Position numbers and translations under genes: made by a program. From the NCBI GenBank assembly GCA_049599475.1, contig JBMYOQ010000047.1:1-34359 (forward strand): 34,359 nucleotides of DNA, written 5' to 3'. Position 1 is the stretch's first letter, and each line of letters opens with the position of its first letter. Below the pieces are notes generated by a model that saw nothing but the letters and a program-made list of their open reading frames with translations, searched no databases and was not told where the DNA came from. This stretch comes from Opitutales bacterium (GTDB taxonomy: Bacteria; Verrucomicrobiota; Verrucomicrobiia; Opitutales; JABSRG01). Below, piece after piece: positions 1 through 9,583 of the stretch.

Positions 1-274
1 ACTGGGGTCATGCTGGCACTTTTGCCTCATGGCCCCAATCTTTGAGGAAGAACGCATTTTCGACTCGGTTATAAACGGCCGAGTTTTTTTGTGCCCAGTT
101 GCGAAGGGAGACGATGAGTCTCACCACGGTGGTCCGGTTTCTTACGATAAATCGAAAGAATCGGTCTTGTCGGATTCTAAGAATCCCTAGGATGCGCCTA
201 AGGGCCCTCAAGACCTGCTCATTTTTTTGAAGTAAAGCCTTGTGCTTCGATCCACATATGGGAGGCTGAGAGGC

Positions 275-1117
275 ATGTTTTTCCAGTCAATGAGCCGTTC
301 ATGGGAGTTCGCTAAGCTGAGCTATCGCACCCTTTTCGGAAATCCGCATTTGCTGATTTTTCCATTCATTTCAGGCATTGCCTCAATTCTCGTTGTCGTA
401 AGCTTTTTCATCCCACTGGAAATGACAGGCACTTTGGACCGCTGGATTGCCGCCGTTGACTCTGCTGAGGGGATGCCCGAGGACCTAGCTTTATATCTGA
501 CCACATTTGCATTCTACTTCTGCAGTTACTTCACGATTATTTTCTTCAACACGGCCCTGATCGCTTCAGTGATGGACATTATTGATGGCCGAAACGGATC
601 ACTTGGAATGGGGTTGCGTTTTGCCTTTAAACGGCTTCCTGCAATATTCGCATGGTCGCTCGTTTCCGCTGCGATCGGCATGCTCTTAAAATCTCTCGAA
701 CGTAATGAAAAAATCGGACGTTTTGTTGCAGGCTTATTGGGATCGGCTTGGTCCGCCCTCACATTTTTCGTAATTCCTGTCATTGTGACGGAAGGCTCAG
801 GGCCCTACAAAGCTTTCACACGCTCTACAAAGATCCTGCGAGACACTTGGGGCACAGCCCTTATGGGTAATTTTTCTCTGGGTACCTTCGGATTCCTTCT
901 GATGCTTCCCATCATCCTGATTGGTGTTCTCTTAGGGTCTACTTTCGGTCTCACAGTGGCTCTCGCTGTCTCAATCCCCCTCGCATTGCTCGCCATTCTC
1001 CTAAACACCGCAGCGGACAGTGTTTTCAAAGCCTACCTTTTTGCATACGCAACGGGAGAGGCTCTGCCCAATAGCGTCGATGCATCCGAGATGAGTGAAG
1101 CTTTTGTACAACGCTAA
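275..1117 (+). CDS. Multi-pass membrane protein, DUF6159-like
   Basis: About six hydrophobic segments and motifs such as 'FFNTAL', 'RLPAIFAWSL' and 'SAWSALTFFVIPVIV...LRDTWG' that I associate with DUF6159. ATG at 275, preceded by GGAGG (261-265), is preferred over the ORF-track GTG at 242. Confidence 0.7.
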   Translation: MFFQSMSRSWEFAKLSYRTLFGNPHLLIFPFISGIASILVVVSFFIPLEMTGTLDRWIAAVDSAEGMPEDLALYLTTFAFYFCSYFTIIFFNTALIASVMDIIDGRNGSLGMGLRFAFKRLPAIFAWSLVSAAIGMLLKSLERNEKIGRFVAGLLGSAWSALTFFVIPVIVTEGSGPYKAFTRSTKILRDTWGTALMGNFSLGTFGFLLMLPIILIGVLLGSTFGLTVALAVSIPLALLAILLNTAADSVFKAYLFAYATGEALPNSVDASEMSEAFVQR

Positions 1118-1210
1118 AATTGCAAAAGTGCGATACTGAGGGGCCCTTAAATCGGTTGACTCGATTGCATTCTCTCGGTCCAGCGTAGCTCGCTCAAAAA
1201 ATAGACCACG

Positions 1211-1305
1211 GGCTTAAATTCTGCGTCACCGGGACGGTTCGCCCCACCACTCCTGTCCTTCGAAAGTGTGGAACTATCAGAATAAGCGAAAATACTTTTG
1301 AGAAA
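1211..1305. repeat. Dispersed repeat: degenerate REP unit plus TTTCTCAAAAGTATTTTCG-type end motif
   Basis: 1211-1295 aligns collinearly with the reverse complement of 29178-29264. The reverse complement of 1281-1305 matches 34314-34338 and 4844-4868. Confidence 0.75.
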
Positions 1306-1474
1306 ACGAATAAACAGCTAGGGCGTATCATCCATTTTGCTAAGAGTGGAAATCGCCTTCGTTTCTGGCAGCGGCGTTACTCAGCAAACTTGATCAGAAA
1401 GCCTAGAATGGCGTAATGACGCAGCCTATATGGGCGGCTGACACTCTCAGCAAGGCCAGTCTCGGAACCCATAT

Positions 1475-1504
1475 AAAAGGGACTCCGATTACCGAAGTCC
1501 CTTT
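1475..1504 (-). terminator. Rho-independent terminator of the SSS transporter gene
   Basis: Minus strand reads AAAGGGACTTCGGTAATCGGAGTCCCTTTTATAT, a GC stem followed by a T-tract, about 30 nt after the stop at 1534. Confidence 0.75.
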
Positions 1505-1533
1505 GGTTCAAAATACCTGAAGCCCTTTAATTT

Positions 1534-3237
1534 TTACCAGAAGACTGCGTAAAGCGCGATAGTCGCGATCACAACGCCGACTCCAAACATTTTCGCGACG
1601 GGCGAAGACTCCAGCTCTATTTGGTCATTTACGGGCATCTTCACCGGCTCTGCCATCGGGCGAACGATGGTAAGGATAATACCAATAACTATGACCGAGA
1701 AGACTGTGATCGCCATGCGATTCAAGAATGCGATATCTCCCGCAAACAGGAGTAAGCCCCCGTAGACTGCGACACTGGAAAGAATTCCGACCACACCAAA
1801 ATAACGTGGCGTTTTTGGGGAGAAGAAGCCGAAGAGGAAGACCGAGAGTATTCCGGGTGAAATGAAGCCTTGGAACTCCTGGATAAAGGCAAAGATACTA
1901 TCAAATTTATCCAGCGAAGGAGCTACGAGGACTGCGAGTAGAACGAAAACTAAAACGAGTCCCTTGCCCACCTTGACCAGCTTCTTGGCGTCTTTCTCTT
2001 TGGTGAATTTGGCGTAGAGATCCATGGTGGTCATGGTAGATGCTGAGTTTAGCATCGATGCCAGCGAGCTGATCACTGCTCCAAGCAGGGCTGCAAGGAT
2101 AAACCATGAGATCATTGGCGTCGGTTGTATGAGATTTCGCACCAAAACCGGGAATGCAGCATCGTAATCGTATTCTCCAGTCACCGCATTGAAGAGATCT
2201 TCGCTAAAGAGGTTGAATGCCAGTATCCCCGGAAACACTACGAGGAACGGAATCAAGAGTTTCATGAAGGCGGCAAACACGATCCCCTTTTGACCTTCGG
2301 CCAGCGACTTGGATCCGAGCGTTCTCTGCACGATGAATTGGTTAAGCCCCCAGTAGAAGAAATTCGGTATCCAAATACCTATGAGAAGCGCAGTCCATGG
2401 CATATCTGGATCGTCCGCTGGGCGCACCATGTGCAATTTCCCACCGTCGCCATTTTCTCCAACAACGGCGGCGGCTTCGCCGTCAACACCGTCGTTTAGC
2501 AACTTAAACCGCTCCCAAGCACCTGCCTGTTCGATGTCTTCTACGGTGGCGTTCGAGTTAGCAACCTTTGTGAGAATGAGTTCTTCGGCTGGCTTTTCAG
2601 CGAGCGTATTGAAGGCAAGGAACATCACAATGCCACCCCCAACGATAAGAGAGGCGCCCCAAACCAGGTCGGTCCAGGCACATGCTTTGAGGCCCCCGAC
2701 AAATACATAGACCGCGGCCAAAGTAGCGATGATCCAGCACATCGTCGTAAGATCACCGAGAACTGGGACCTCGTTATAGTATTCCGAGACAAACTTAGCA
2801 CCTGAGTAAATGACAGTCGCCGTATTTACGAAAATAAGTGTCAGGATGGCGGGAATCGACATCGCAAGCCGCGCAAACCCGTCAAAGCGGTGTTCCAAAA
2901 ATTCAGGGATCGTATAGATGCCACACTTGAGAAATTTCGGCAGGAACCAAAACGCAACGACTACAAGCGTAATAGCCGCTACCCATTCCCAAGAGGCAAC
3001 CGCCAGTCCTTGACGACCTGCAGCCGCGCCAGACATCCCTACGAATTGCTCCGTCGAAATATTTGCTGCAATCAGGGAAAAACCGACGAGCCACCAGGTC
3101 AATCCACGACCGGCCAAGAAATAATCACTGGCCTCACCATCGGAGTCGGATTTTTCACCGGCTTTACTCTTCCAAATGCCAAGAGCTATCACGCCGATAA
3201 CAGCGACAGAGAACAGGGTAACTTCTAAAAATACCAT
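1534..3237 (-). CDS. Sodium:solute symporter (SSS), vSGLT-like galactose/glucose transporter
   Basis: Signatures 'DYFLAGRGLTWW', 'AANISTEQFVGMSG', 'NFFYWGLNQFIVQRTLG' and 'SSLASMLNSAST'. vSGLT sugar-site equivalents are recognisable (EQ, WEW, YW, K, F..IQ). Adjacent to galM/K/T. Confidence 0.9.
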   Translation of the reverse strand: MVFLEVTLFSVAVIGVIALGIWKSKAGEKSDSDGEASDYFLAGRGLTWWLVGFSLIAANISTEQFVGMSGAAAGRQGLAVASWEWVAAITLVVVAFWFLPKFLKCGIYTIPEFLEHRFDGFARLAMSIPAILTLIFVNTATVIYSGAKFVSEYYNEVPVLGDLTTMCWIIATLAAVYVFVGGLKACAWTDLVWGASLIVGGGIVMFLAFNTLAEKPAEELILTKVANSNATVEDIEQAGAWERFKLLNDGVDGEAAAVVGENGDGGKLHMVRPADDPDMPWTALLIGIWIPNFFYWGLNQFIVQRTLGSKSLAEGQKGIVFAAFMKLLIPFLVVFPGILAFNLFSEDLFNAVTGEYDYDAAFPVLVRNLIQPTPMISWFILAALLGAVISSLASMLNSASTMTTMDLYAKFTKEKDAKKLVKVGKGLVLVFVLLAVLVAPSLDKFDSIFAFIQEFQGFISPGILSVFLFGFFSPKTPRYFGVVGILSSVAVYGGLLLFAGDIAFLNRMAITVFSVIVIGIILTIVRPMAEPVKMPVNDQIELESSPVAKMFGVGVVIATIALYAVFW

Positions 3238-3342
3238 AGGAGAAACAAAAGAGATTATTTGAGTAATGGAGCCGTGATCACTAACGGCTGGTGACAGAAT
3301 ATACTAATTTGTCTTGCGTCATAAGACCCATTCGAACTAGTT

Positions 3343-3361
3343 TTTTAAGATATTAGGTCAG
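3343..3361 (-). promoter_or_regulatory. Candidate operator TTTTAAGA-N5-GGTCAG (copy 1)
   Basis: The same 8+6 nt motif with identical spacing occurs at 8409-8427 upstream of galT, in the same orientation relative to the downstream minus-strand gene. Confidence 0.45.
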
Positions 3362-3366
3362 TAAAT

Positions 3367-4494
3367 ATGAAGCGAATCGCCATTCTTGTTGAAACATCTC
3401 TTGCATCTGGTCGCCATATTTTAACGGGGATAGCGAGCTATGTTCGAGAGAGAAATGACTGGTCAATCTACAAACAAAGCGGACATTTAGGTGCATTTGA
3501 GCCGGACAGTATTAGAAATTGGAAGGGCGACGGTATTATCGCGCGTTTGGCCTCAAAGGAAGTCCTAGAAGCAGTAGAATCCCTTAAAATCCCTGTGGTC
3601 GACGTTCTTGGCAACATGGAGAACACACCTCACCCCGTTGTCCGACCCGATCATGCGCGTATTGGAGAAATGGCTGCCGTTCATTTCCTGCAGAAGGGAT
3701 TCCGAAGTCTCGCATTTTATGGCGCACAATACGAGCAGTGGTCGCACATGCGATGCGAAGCCTTCTTAAAATGCGGCGAAGATGTCGGGGCCAGTTGTCA
3801 CATAAAGCTCGATTCCGATCGCCGGACTCGAGGAGCCGCTTGGTTTCGCGAATTGGGCGAATGGCTCAAAACGCTCCAGCGTCCAACCGGTCTACTCATC
3901 GCAAGTGACCAGTATGCTCCGGAAGTTTTCGAAGCAGCGCATCAAGCCGGCATCAAAATCCCAGAAGAACTCAGTATTGTAGGCGTCGATAACGACCCGC
4001 CTTTCTGCGATCTCTGCAATCCACCGTTGAGCAGTATCGACCCCAATCACCCCAAAGTAGGCTACGAAGCTGCGCGCCTCCTGAATGAAGCGATCGAGAC
4101 GGGTTCGATGCCAAGGAGTGACGTCGCGATCAGCCCAATACAAATTTTCCAAAGGCGCTCGAGTAGCCTGAATGCTGTCAACGATCCGGCCCTAGCGACA
4201 GCAATGCACTTTATCAGCGAAAATGCATGCTCAGGAATTTCAGTTGATGAGGTTGCCCGGGCATCTGGCGTATCGAGAAGCGTATTGCAGCGAAAGTTTA
4301 AATCCGACCTCAATCGGACCGTCGCGGAGTCTATTCTCGATGAAAAACTCCGACGTGCTCAGGAACTCCTGCGATTCACCAATCATTCGATTACGCGCGT
4401 AGCAGAGCTATCCGGATTTAACTGCCAAGAATACCTCAACTACATTTTCCGTAAGCACCTCAAAACAACACCTCGAAAAGTCAGGACGGGATGA
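3367..4494 (+). CDS. XylR-type transcriptional regulator (LacI-like sugar-binding domain plus C-terminal AraC HTH)
   Basis: 'WKGDGIIAR', 'IPEELSIVGVDND...PPLSSI' and the C-terminal 'ISVDEVARASGVSRSVLQRKF...ITRVAELSGF....YLNYIFRKHLKTTP'. Confidence 0.9.
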   Translation: MKRIAILVETSLASGRHILTGIASYVRERNDWSIYKQSGHLGAFEPDSIRNWKGDGIIARLASKEVLEAVESLKIPVVDVLGNMENTPHPVVRPDHARIGEMAAVHFLQKGFRSLAFYGAQYEQWSHMRCEAFLKCGEDVGASCHIKLDSDRRTRGAAWFRELGEWLKTLQRPTGLLIASDQYAPEVFEAAHQAGIKIPEELSIVGVDNDPPFCDLCNPPLSSIDPNHPKVGYEAARLLNEAIETGSMPRSDVAISPIQIFQRRSSSLNAVNDPALATAMHFISENACSGISVDEVARASGVSRSVLQRKFKSDLNRTVAESILDEKLRRAQELLRFTNHSITRVAELSGFNCQEYLNYIFRKHLKTTPRKVRTG

Positions 4495-4534
4495 AGTTCG
4501 GAGAACCGCGCGAGTTTGCTCAATAACCTTGTAC

Positions 4535-4703
4535 TGAATGGCACTACCTTGATGCTAATCTTAGAGAGCAGTAAGGTCGTGAACGGGTAGCGGCGGACGA
4601 CCCCGGCTGCCATAACTCGGCTTAGCCGCTGAAACTGACACGGCCATGACCGCCCAGAGGTCGGTCGCTACCTCTTAAATGATGCCAAAGGTAGTGACAT
4701 TCA
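4535..4703. mobile_element. MITE-like element: 16-bp terminal inverted repeats enclosing a REP doublet (4586-4672)
   Basis: TGAATGGCACTACCTT (4535-4550) and AAGGTAGTGACATTCA (4688-4703) match 15/16 as an inverted pair. The internal GGTAGCG...CGCTACC pair shares the spacer CATRACTCGG(C)YTTAGCCGC with the 17.1 kb and 29.3 kb copies. Confidence 0.6.
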
Positions 4704-4843
4704 AGGACACGCAGCACTACCCTATGGTAATAATTTCAATCCTGATTTACCCCAAAGACAGCGCCATTCGCCCCCTACCAAGCCCTTTACCTTCCTACCG
4801 GAGTTGCAACGAAGCGGTGTAAAATACCCCAGCCATTCAATCC

Positions 4844-4895
4844 TTTCTCAGAAGTAATTTTGCTAATTCCTGGGAGCGCCGACGTCCTCGTCGGC
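4844..4895 (+). repeat. End motif (TTTCTCAGAAGTAATTTTGCTAATT) followed by a GGGAG-type REP hairpin
   Basis: 21/25 match to the reverse complement of 1281-1305. Perfect 7-bp stem GCCGACG-TCCT-CGTCGGC at 4878-4895. Confidence 0.6.
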
Positions 4896-4940
4896 ATCTG
4901 AGCCTGAATGCAAACCGAATTATAAGATAAAATAGATAGA

Positions 4941-5987
4941 TTACCTGCGAACCGAGAACTTATAAACTGTTTTCGATTCGAACGTCTCCTCAGGTCGCAG
5001 AATTGTATTGGGAAATTCGGGCTGGTTTGGGCTGTCTGGAAAATGCTGAGTCTCTAAGCATGCAGCAGACCTATGCTGATAGGGTTTGCCAGATTTACCT
5101 TTGAGGCTCCCATCCAGAAAATTGGAGGTATAGACCTGAACGCCGGGCTCAGTCGTATACACTTCTAGAAAGCGTCCACTCTCGGGATCATAAAGCGTCG
5201 CCGCTGCGTCCTCAGAATCTCCAGAATGTTGCTTCGATAACACCCAGGTATGATCGTAACCACCTCCATGCTTCAGTTGCTCGTGTGGACTATCAATATG
5301 GAGCCCAAGGGCTTTGGGGACTCGGAAGTCAAAAGGCGTATTCTCAACCGGATCGAGAGATCCCGTAGGTATCAAATTTGGCAGGACAGGTAGCATCTCT
5401 TCAGCGTTAACCTGCAACACGTGGTTCAACACAGTCTCCGTCCCCTCCCCAGCCAAGTTCAGATATACGTGATTCGTCAGATTCAAGGGCGTCGCCTTAT
5501 CAGAAGTCGCCTCATAGCTCAGTTCAAGAGCGCCGTCGTTCGACAAAGTGTAAGTGACCGAGATTTTCACATTCCCCGGAAAACCATTATCACCATCAGG
5601 CGAATTGTGCGAAAAGCGGATACCATTCTCGAGGGGCTCACTGTACCAATCTTTCTTATCAATCCCAGACAGCCCACCATGCAGGCAATTTGAACCATCA
5701 TTACAAGGAAGCTGATACGCCACTCCATCCAATGAAAAACGGCCGCGGTCGATACGGCCTGCATATCGCCCCACAGTGGATCCAAAACAGGGATCGGCAC
5801 CAGGCTCTAAATATTTTTTCACAGAATTGTATCCCAGAACCACATCCGCCAACTTCCCGTTTCTATCTGGGACTCGTATAGCTATTATGCGTGCGCCGTA
5901 CGGAGAGAGCACCACCTCCATTCCCGATTCATTGGAAATGGCAATCAGTTTATAGGGATTTCGGCTGAGGGATACCTTGACGCTCAT
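4941..5987 (-). CDS. galM: Aldose 1-epimerase (galactose mutarotase)
   Basis: 'GRYAGRI', 'LHGG', 'NLTNHVYLNL', 'GYDH' and 'CLETQHFPDSPN' motifs. Confidence 0.95.
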   Translation of the reverse strand: MSVKVSLSRNPYKLIAISNESGMEVVLSPYGARIIAIRVPDRNGKLADVVLGYNSVKKYLEPGADPCFGSTVGRYAGRIDRGRFSLDGVAYQLPCNDGSNCLHGGLSGIDKKDWYSEPLENGIRFSHNSPDGDNGFPGNVKISVTYTLSNDGALELSYEATSDKATPLNLTNHVYLNLAGEGTETVLNHVLQVNAEEMLPVLPNLIPTGSLDPVENTPFDFRVPKALGLHIDSPHEQLKHGGGYDHTWVLSKQHSGDSEDAAATLYDPESGRFLEVYTTEPGVQVYTSNFLDGSLKGKSGKPYQHRSAACLETQHFPDSPNQPEFPNTILRPEETFESKTVYKFSVRR

Positions 5988-5999
5988 TCTAAATAGGTC

Positions 6000-7226
6000 C
6001 TATAGATCTGAGCATGTAATACCGTCAACCATTTTGCACGCATGCAAGGCCCATAGCTCCGAGTACTCGGGGCACATCTTGGGATATGATTCCGTGACGG
6101 CTTCTTTTAAGACATCAAATGCGTCAGGAGCGATCAATGCACCGCTCGCACCTTTATCACCACCACCGAGCATACGCTCTCCATAGACCCCATCGACGGT
6201 CCTAGCGATATCACACATTGCCTCAAGCTCTACCCCACTTATTTGATAATCGTCGCGCAGTCCAAATCCATCTGCACGGAAGTTTATGCCGACTGTTTTA
6301 ATGTCTCCAGCACGCCATGCATCCAAGGTTCTGATAAAACGTTTCTGCGCCTCGTATAGATATTTCAATACACGCGCACCCTCTAGTCCACGCGCTTCAA
6401 TCAGAGCTTGAGCTTTTTGATACATCTCTTCGGTTTTGATATCACCCAAGGCTTGAATACCTAAAGGTTCAGAAAGTTCCTTTGCGAGTGCATCACATTG
6501 TTCTTTTCGAATTTTATAGGTGGACTTCTCAAGACCGGGACGCTTGGTCCCTGTATCCATACTCACAATACGGAAGGAATTAGAATCGCACCCCAGAGGA
6601 ATATGCACGATCGAATTGTCCTTCGGATTAAAAAAGGTCCCCATACCCGCACGTGCGAAATAGATCATAATTTGGTCGAGCTTACCACAGGGAGAGCCGA
6701 TGTAGTCATTCTCCACCATCTGAGCAAGATCGACAATCCGCATACCTTTGATCCCACTGACGTCATTCACCTCGAAAAATGTCTCAATCAGATTTAAAGA
6801 CAATGAGGCAGACCGAGACATGCCGCCGCCTGGAATATTCCCAAACAGGACAGCGTCAAACCCTGTGTTCATCTCATAGCCCTCACGCTTCAGCACATAA
6901 CTGACTCCATGTGGAAAACGCGCCCAACTATCCTTAAAACGACCCGGTTCATAGGGATCTTTGACGGAAAACTCTACGACCCCATCCTCAGGAAAGTTAT
7001 CACTGAAAATACGAATTTTCCCAGAGTCATTTGGCTTAAACGCCAACCAAATGAATCGATCTGTTCCGATCCCGAACAACTCCGTACCATTATAATCACC
7101 GTGCTCAATCCCAAAACAAAACCGGGATGAGCTTCTACGTATGCGTCCTCCAGCGATGTCCAAGTCGTTCACTTCGGCCACTTTCATCAATCGCTCGATT
7201 ACTTCAGTATCTGTATCAATCAACAT
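6000..7226 (-). CDS. galK: Galactokinase-like GHMP kinase (divergent)
   Basis: 'EHGDYNG', 'IPGGGMSRSAS', 'ENDYIGSPCGKLDQ', 'LRDDYQIS..EL' and 'GERMLGGG'. Lies between galT and galM. Confidence 0.8.
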   Translation of the reverse strand: MLIDTDTEVIERLMKVAEVNDLDIAGGRIRRSSSRFCFGIEHGDYNGTELFGIGTDRFIWLAFKPNDSGKIRIFSDNFPEDGVVEFSVKDPYEPGRFKDSWARFPHGVSYVLKREGYEMNTGFDAVLFGNIPGGGMSRSASLSLNLIETFFEVNDVSGIKGMRIVDLAQMVENDYIGSPCGKLDQIMIYFARAGMGTFFNPKDNSIVHIPLGCDSNSFRIVSMDTGTKRPGLEKSTYKIRKEQCDALAKELSEPLGIQALGDIKTEEMYQKAQALIEARGLEGARVLKYLYEAQKRFIRTLDAWRAGDIKTVGINFRADGFGLRDDYQISGVELEAMCDIARTVDGVYGERMLGGGDKGASGALIAPDAFDVLKEAVTESYPKMCPEYSELWALHACKMVDGITCSDL

Positions 7227-7298
7227 ATGTATTTCTGTTAAAAATTATAACCGAATGCCCCTCAACAAAGCACCCGCTGATCGTGCCGATCTCACTCC

Positions 7299-8354
7299 TT
7301 ACACCTCACAGGGTAATTTAGTTTTGTAGTGGATTTCCGACAGTGCCGCTAAGCGCTGAGCCGCCTGTTCCGCAGTCAAGTCCCGCTGAGCATTGGCCAG
7401 CATCTCGTATCCAACCATAAATTTCTTTACAGTGGCCGATCGCAGCAAAGGCGGATAGAAATGCGCATGGAGTAACCAATGGTCTTGATCCCCTTCGATA
7501 AAAGGTGCGCCGTGCCAGCCCATTGAATACGGGAAGGACGTTTCGAATAAATTATCATATCGGGTCAACATGCGTTTTAAGACCTGGGCCAACGACTCTC
7601 TTTGAGCACCATTCAGTTCGGTCAGTCTTCTAGCCGGAAATTTCGGCAGCAACAGAGTCTCAAATGGCCAGGTCGCCCAGTAAGGAACGAGAGTCACCCA
7701 GTCATCATTTTGGCAGACGATACGTTCATTCAGTTCGAGCTCACGCTCGACATAGTCGACCAGTAAATTGCGCCCTTTCGATTCTCGATATGCCTTGAGG
7801 TTCTTGTCCTCTTTATAGACTTCATTCGGGAGAAAATCACTCGCCCAAATCTGACCATGTGGATGCGGATTGGAGCACCCCATGGCACTCCCTTTGTTTT
7901 CAAAAATCTGCACCCAGCTGTATTTGGCTCCGAGCTCCTCAGTCTGAGAAGCCCAGACATCTACAACATCCTGAATAGCCGACTCCCCCATCTCAGGAAG
8001 GCTCAAGTCATGACGTGGCGAGAAACAAATTACCCGGCACTCACCGGCTACCTGCTCGGCCCTAAACAGCGGATCTTCGCCCGCCTGCTCATCTGCCGAT
8101 GGCGTATCGAGGAGCGCAGCGAAATCATTCTTAAAAACGAAAGGCTTCGTGTAATTTGGATTCCTCTCGCCCCCTACTCGCTCATTTCCGGGACACAGAT
8201 AGCACTTCGGATCATATTCCGGACGATCATCCGAAACGGTTTCCTGAGCCCCTTGCCATGGGCGTTTCGCTCTATGCGGAGATACTAATATCCATTCGCC
8301 TGTGAGTGGATTAAACCTGCGGTGCGGAGATTCTAAGATATCAGAAGGTGCCAT
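7299..8354 (-). CDS. galT: Galactose-1-phosphate uridylyltransferase
   Basis: '[25 protein letters not shown]', 'CYLCPGN' and the catalytic '[21 protein letters not shown]'. Confidence 0.97.
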   Translation of the reverse strand: MAPSDILESPHRRFNPLTGEWILVSPHRAKRPWQGAQETVSDDRPEYDPKCYLCPGNERVGGERNPNYTKPFVFKNDFAALLDTPSADEQAGEDPLFRAEQVAGECRVICFSPRHDLSLPEMGESAIQDVVDVWASQTEELGAKYSWVQIFENKGSAMGCSNPHPHGQIWASDFLPNEVYKEDKNLKAYRESKGRNLLVDYVERELELNERIVCQNDDWVTLVPYWATWPFETLLLPKFPARRLTELNGAQRESLAQVLKRMLTRYDNLFETSFPYSMGWHGAPFIEGDQDHWLLHAHFYPPLLRSATVKKFMVGYEMLANAQRDLTAEQAAQRLAALSEIHYKTKLPCEV

Positions 8355-8408
8355 TCACCCCATACTACAGGACCTAGGCTGTTACTTTTAGATCTCTTTA
8401 ACCCTGTA

Positions 8409-8427
8409 TTTTAAGAAAACGGGTCAG
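8409..8427 (-). promoter_or_regulatory. Candidate operator TTTTAAGA-N5-GGTCAG (copy 2), upstream of galTKM
   Basis: Matches 3343-3361. Confidence 0.45.
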
Positions 8428-8450
8428 ACCTCTATCGTCTTCTGAACGGT

Positions 8451-9101
8451 CTAAAAGACAAGACTCCCTGACAGCGCGAGCACGTGCTTATGGGACCAGT
8501 CGCCGTTTCCTCGCTTAGAAGAAGCGATTTGATAGCCCAGCGAACCTTTAAAAAAGTCCGCAGGCTCAAAGTTCAGCTTTACGGGCATTAGCCAGTTCCC
8601 GCTAATCCTCGAAGCGTCTAAATCGTAAAACACCTCATTAGACACACCAAAGCTCTTAAGTCCTGGAAGCCAATCACCTTTCCAGCTAAGAGCCGTTCTG
8701 TGGCGTGCGCGATTGAAGAGCTCCGAACCTTGACCCTCAAACCAGCGAAGCTCGAAACGATTCCGCATACTAACAGTCATATTGCCTACTTTGAATTTCG
8801 GATTCGCCTCAAAATCCAGCCGTCTACGATGACTCCATTCGCCGTTCTCACTGCGCCGAGATTCGTTATGCACCGGGTGCAGACCCAAAGTCCAAGTGTC
8901 ATCAACCTTATAGAAAAATTTTTGACTCAGGCGATAATACCGAACGTAAGCATCTTCGGCGAACCTCCAATGAGTATGCGTCCGAGTAGAGAACGCGCCT
9001 TTTGAAATAGTGGGAAAATCAAAACTCATCCACAGCTCGTTTTCAGCCCTCAATCCTAGACAGGTGAAAAAGAGGAGAAACCAAACTACGCATCGTTTCA
9101 T
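8451..9101 (-). CDS. Outer-membrane beta-barrel protein, DUF2490-like
   Basis: Signal peptide (MKRCVVWFLLFFTCLGLRA), alternating amphipathic strands, 'R.R.ELRW', 'RARHR', 'SNEVFY' and a C-terminal Phe. Start at 9101 is preferred over 9125. Confidence 0.7.
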   Translation of the reverse strand: MKRCVVWFLLFFTCLGLRAENELWMSFDFPTISKGAFSTRTHTHWRFAEDAYVRYYRLSQKFFYKVDDTWTLGLHPVHNESRRSENGEWSHRRRLDFEANPKFKVGNMTVSMRNRFELRWFEGQGSELFNRARHRTALSWKGDWLPGLKSFGVSNEVFYDLDASRISGNWLMPVKLNFEPADFFKGSLGYQIASSKRGNGDWSHKHVLALSGSLVF

Positions 9102-9138
9102 AACCTTAAAATCCATTCCAAGCACCGAGTAGATGCCC

Positions 9139-9393
9139 TTACGCGCTTCCCTTAGACATGATCACGGATGGTAGCGCACCGATCCCAAGAAGCACCAAGG
9201 AGGTAATGAGCAGGCCTAATCCATCAATAACCTCAGGGAAAAAGCGATCCTTGAACGGTTGTAGAACGCCTCCGATTCCAGGTATCAGTCCCAGGAGATC
9301 GACAGCGATCACCAAAAAACCGCAGGCCGACAGCCCATAAAAGAAAGCTTGGAAAAGAAAAAGAGAACTAGAGGTCTTTGATGAATCGGCCAT
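9139..9393 (-). CDS. Small two-TM membrane protein, unknown function
   Basis: Two hydrophobic segments. Fills the gap co-directionally with the barrel gene. ATG at 9393 is preceded by a TATCAT -10-like hexamer. Confidence 0.5.
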   Translation of the reverse strand: MADSSKTSSSLFLFQAFFYGLSACGFLVIAVDLLGLIPGIGGVLQPFKDRFFPEVIDGLGLLITSLVLLGIGALPSVIMSKGSA

Positions 9394-9583
9394 GAGGGAA
9401 TGATAAAGAATTCGCGAAGAAATCAAGAAACTCAGTGCATCTAATCAACTCAAGCAAAAGTCAGCCGATCTTACACTCAAAACATCTGTTCTAACTACGA
9501 TACAATTAGCTTCCAGCAAGAAGTATGCACAATTCGAATTCTCTACTTGCCCGAAGCTTCAGAATAAACCAGTAATCTTACCA

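Noticed and set aside
8..211. 67-aa minus-strand ORF at the window start
   Set aside because: No motifs and a non-ATG start. It is probably upstream/intergenic DNA and cannot be supported.
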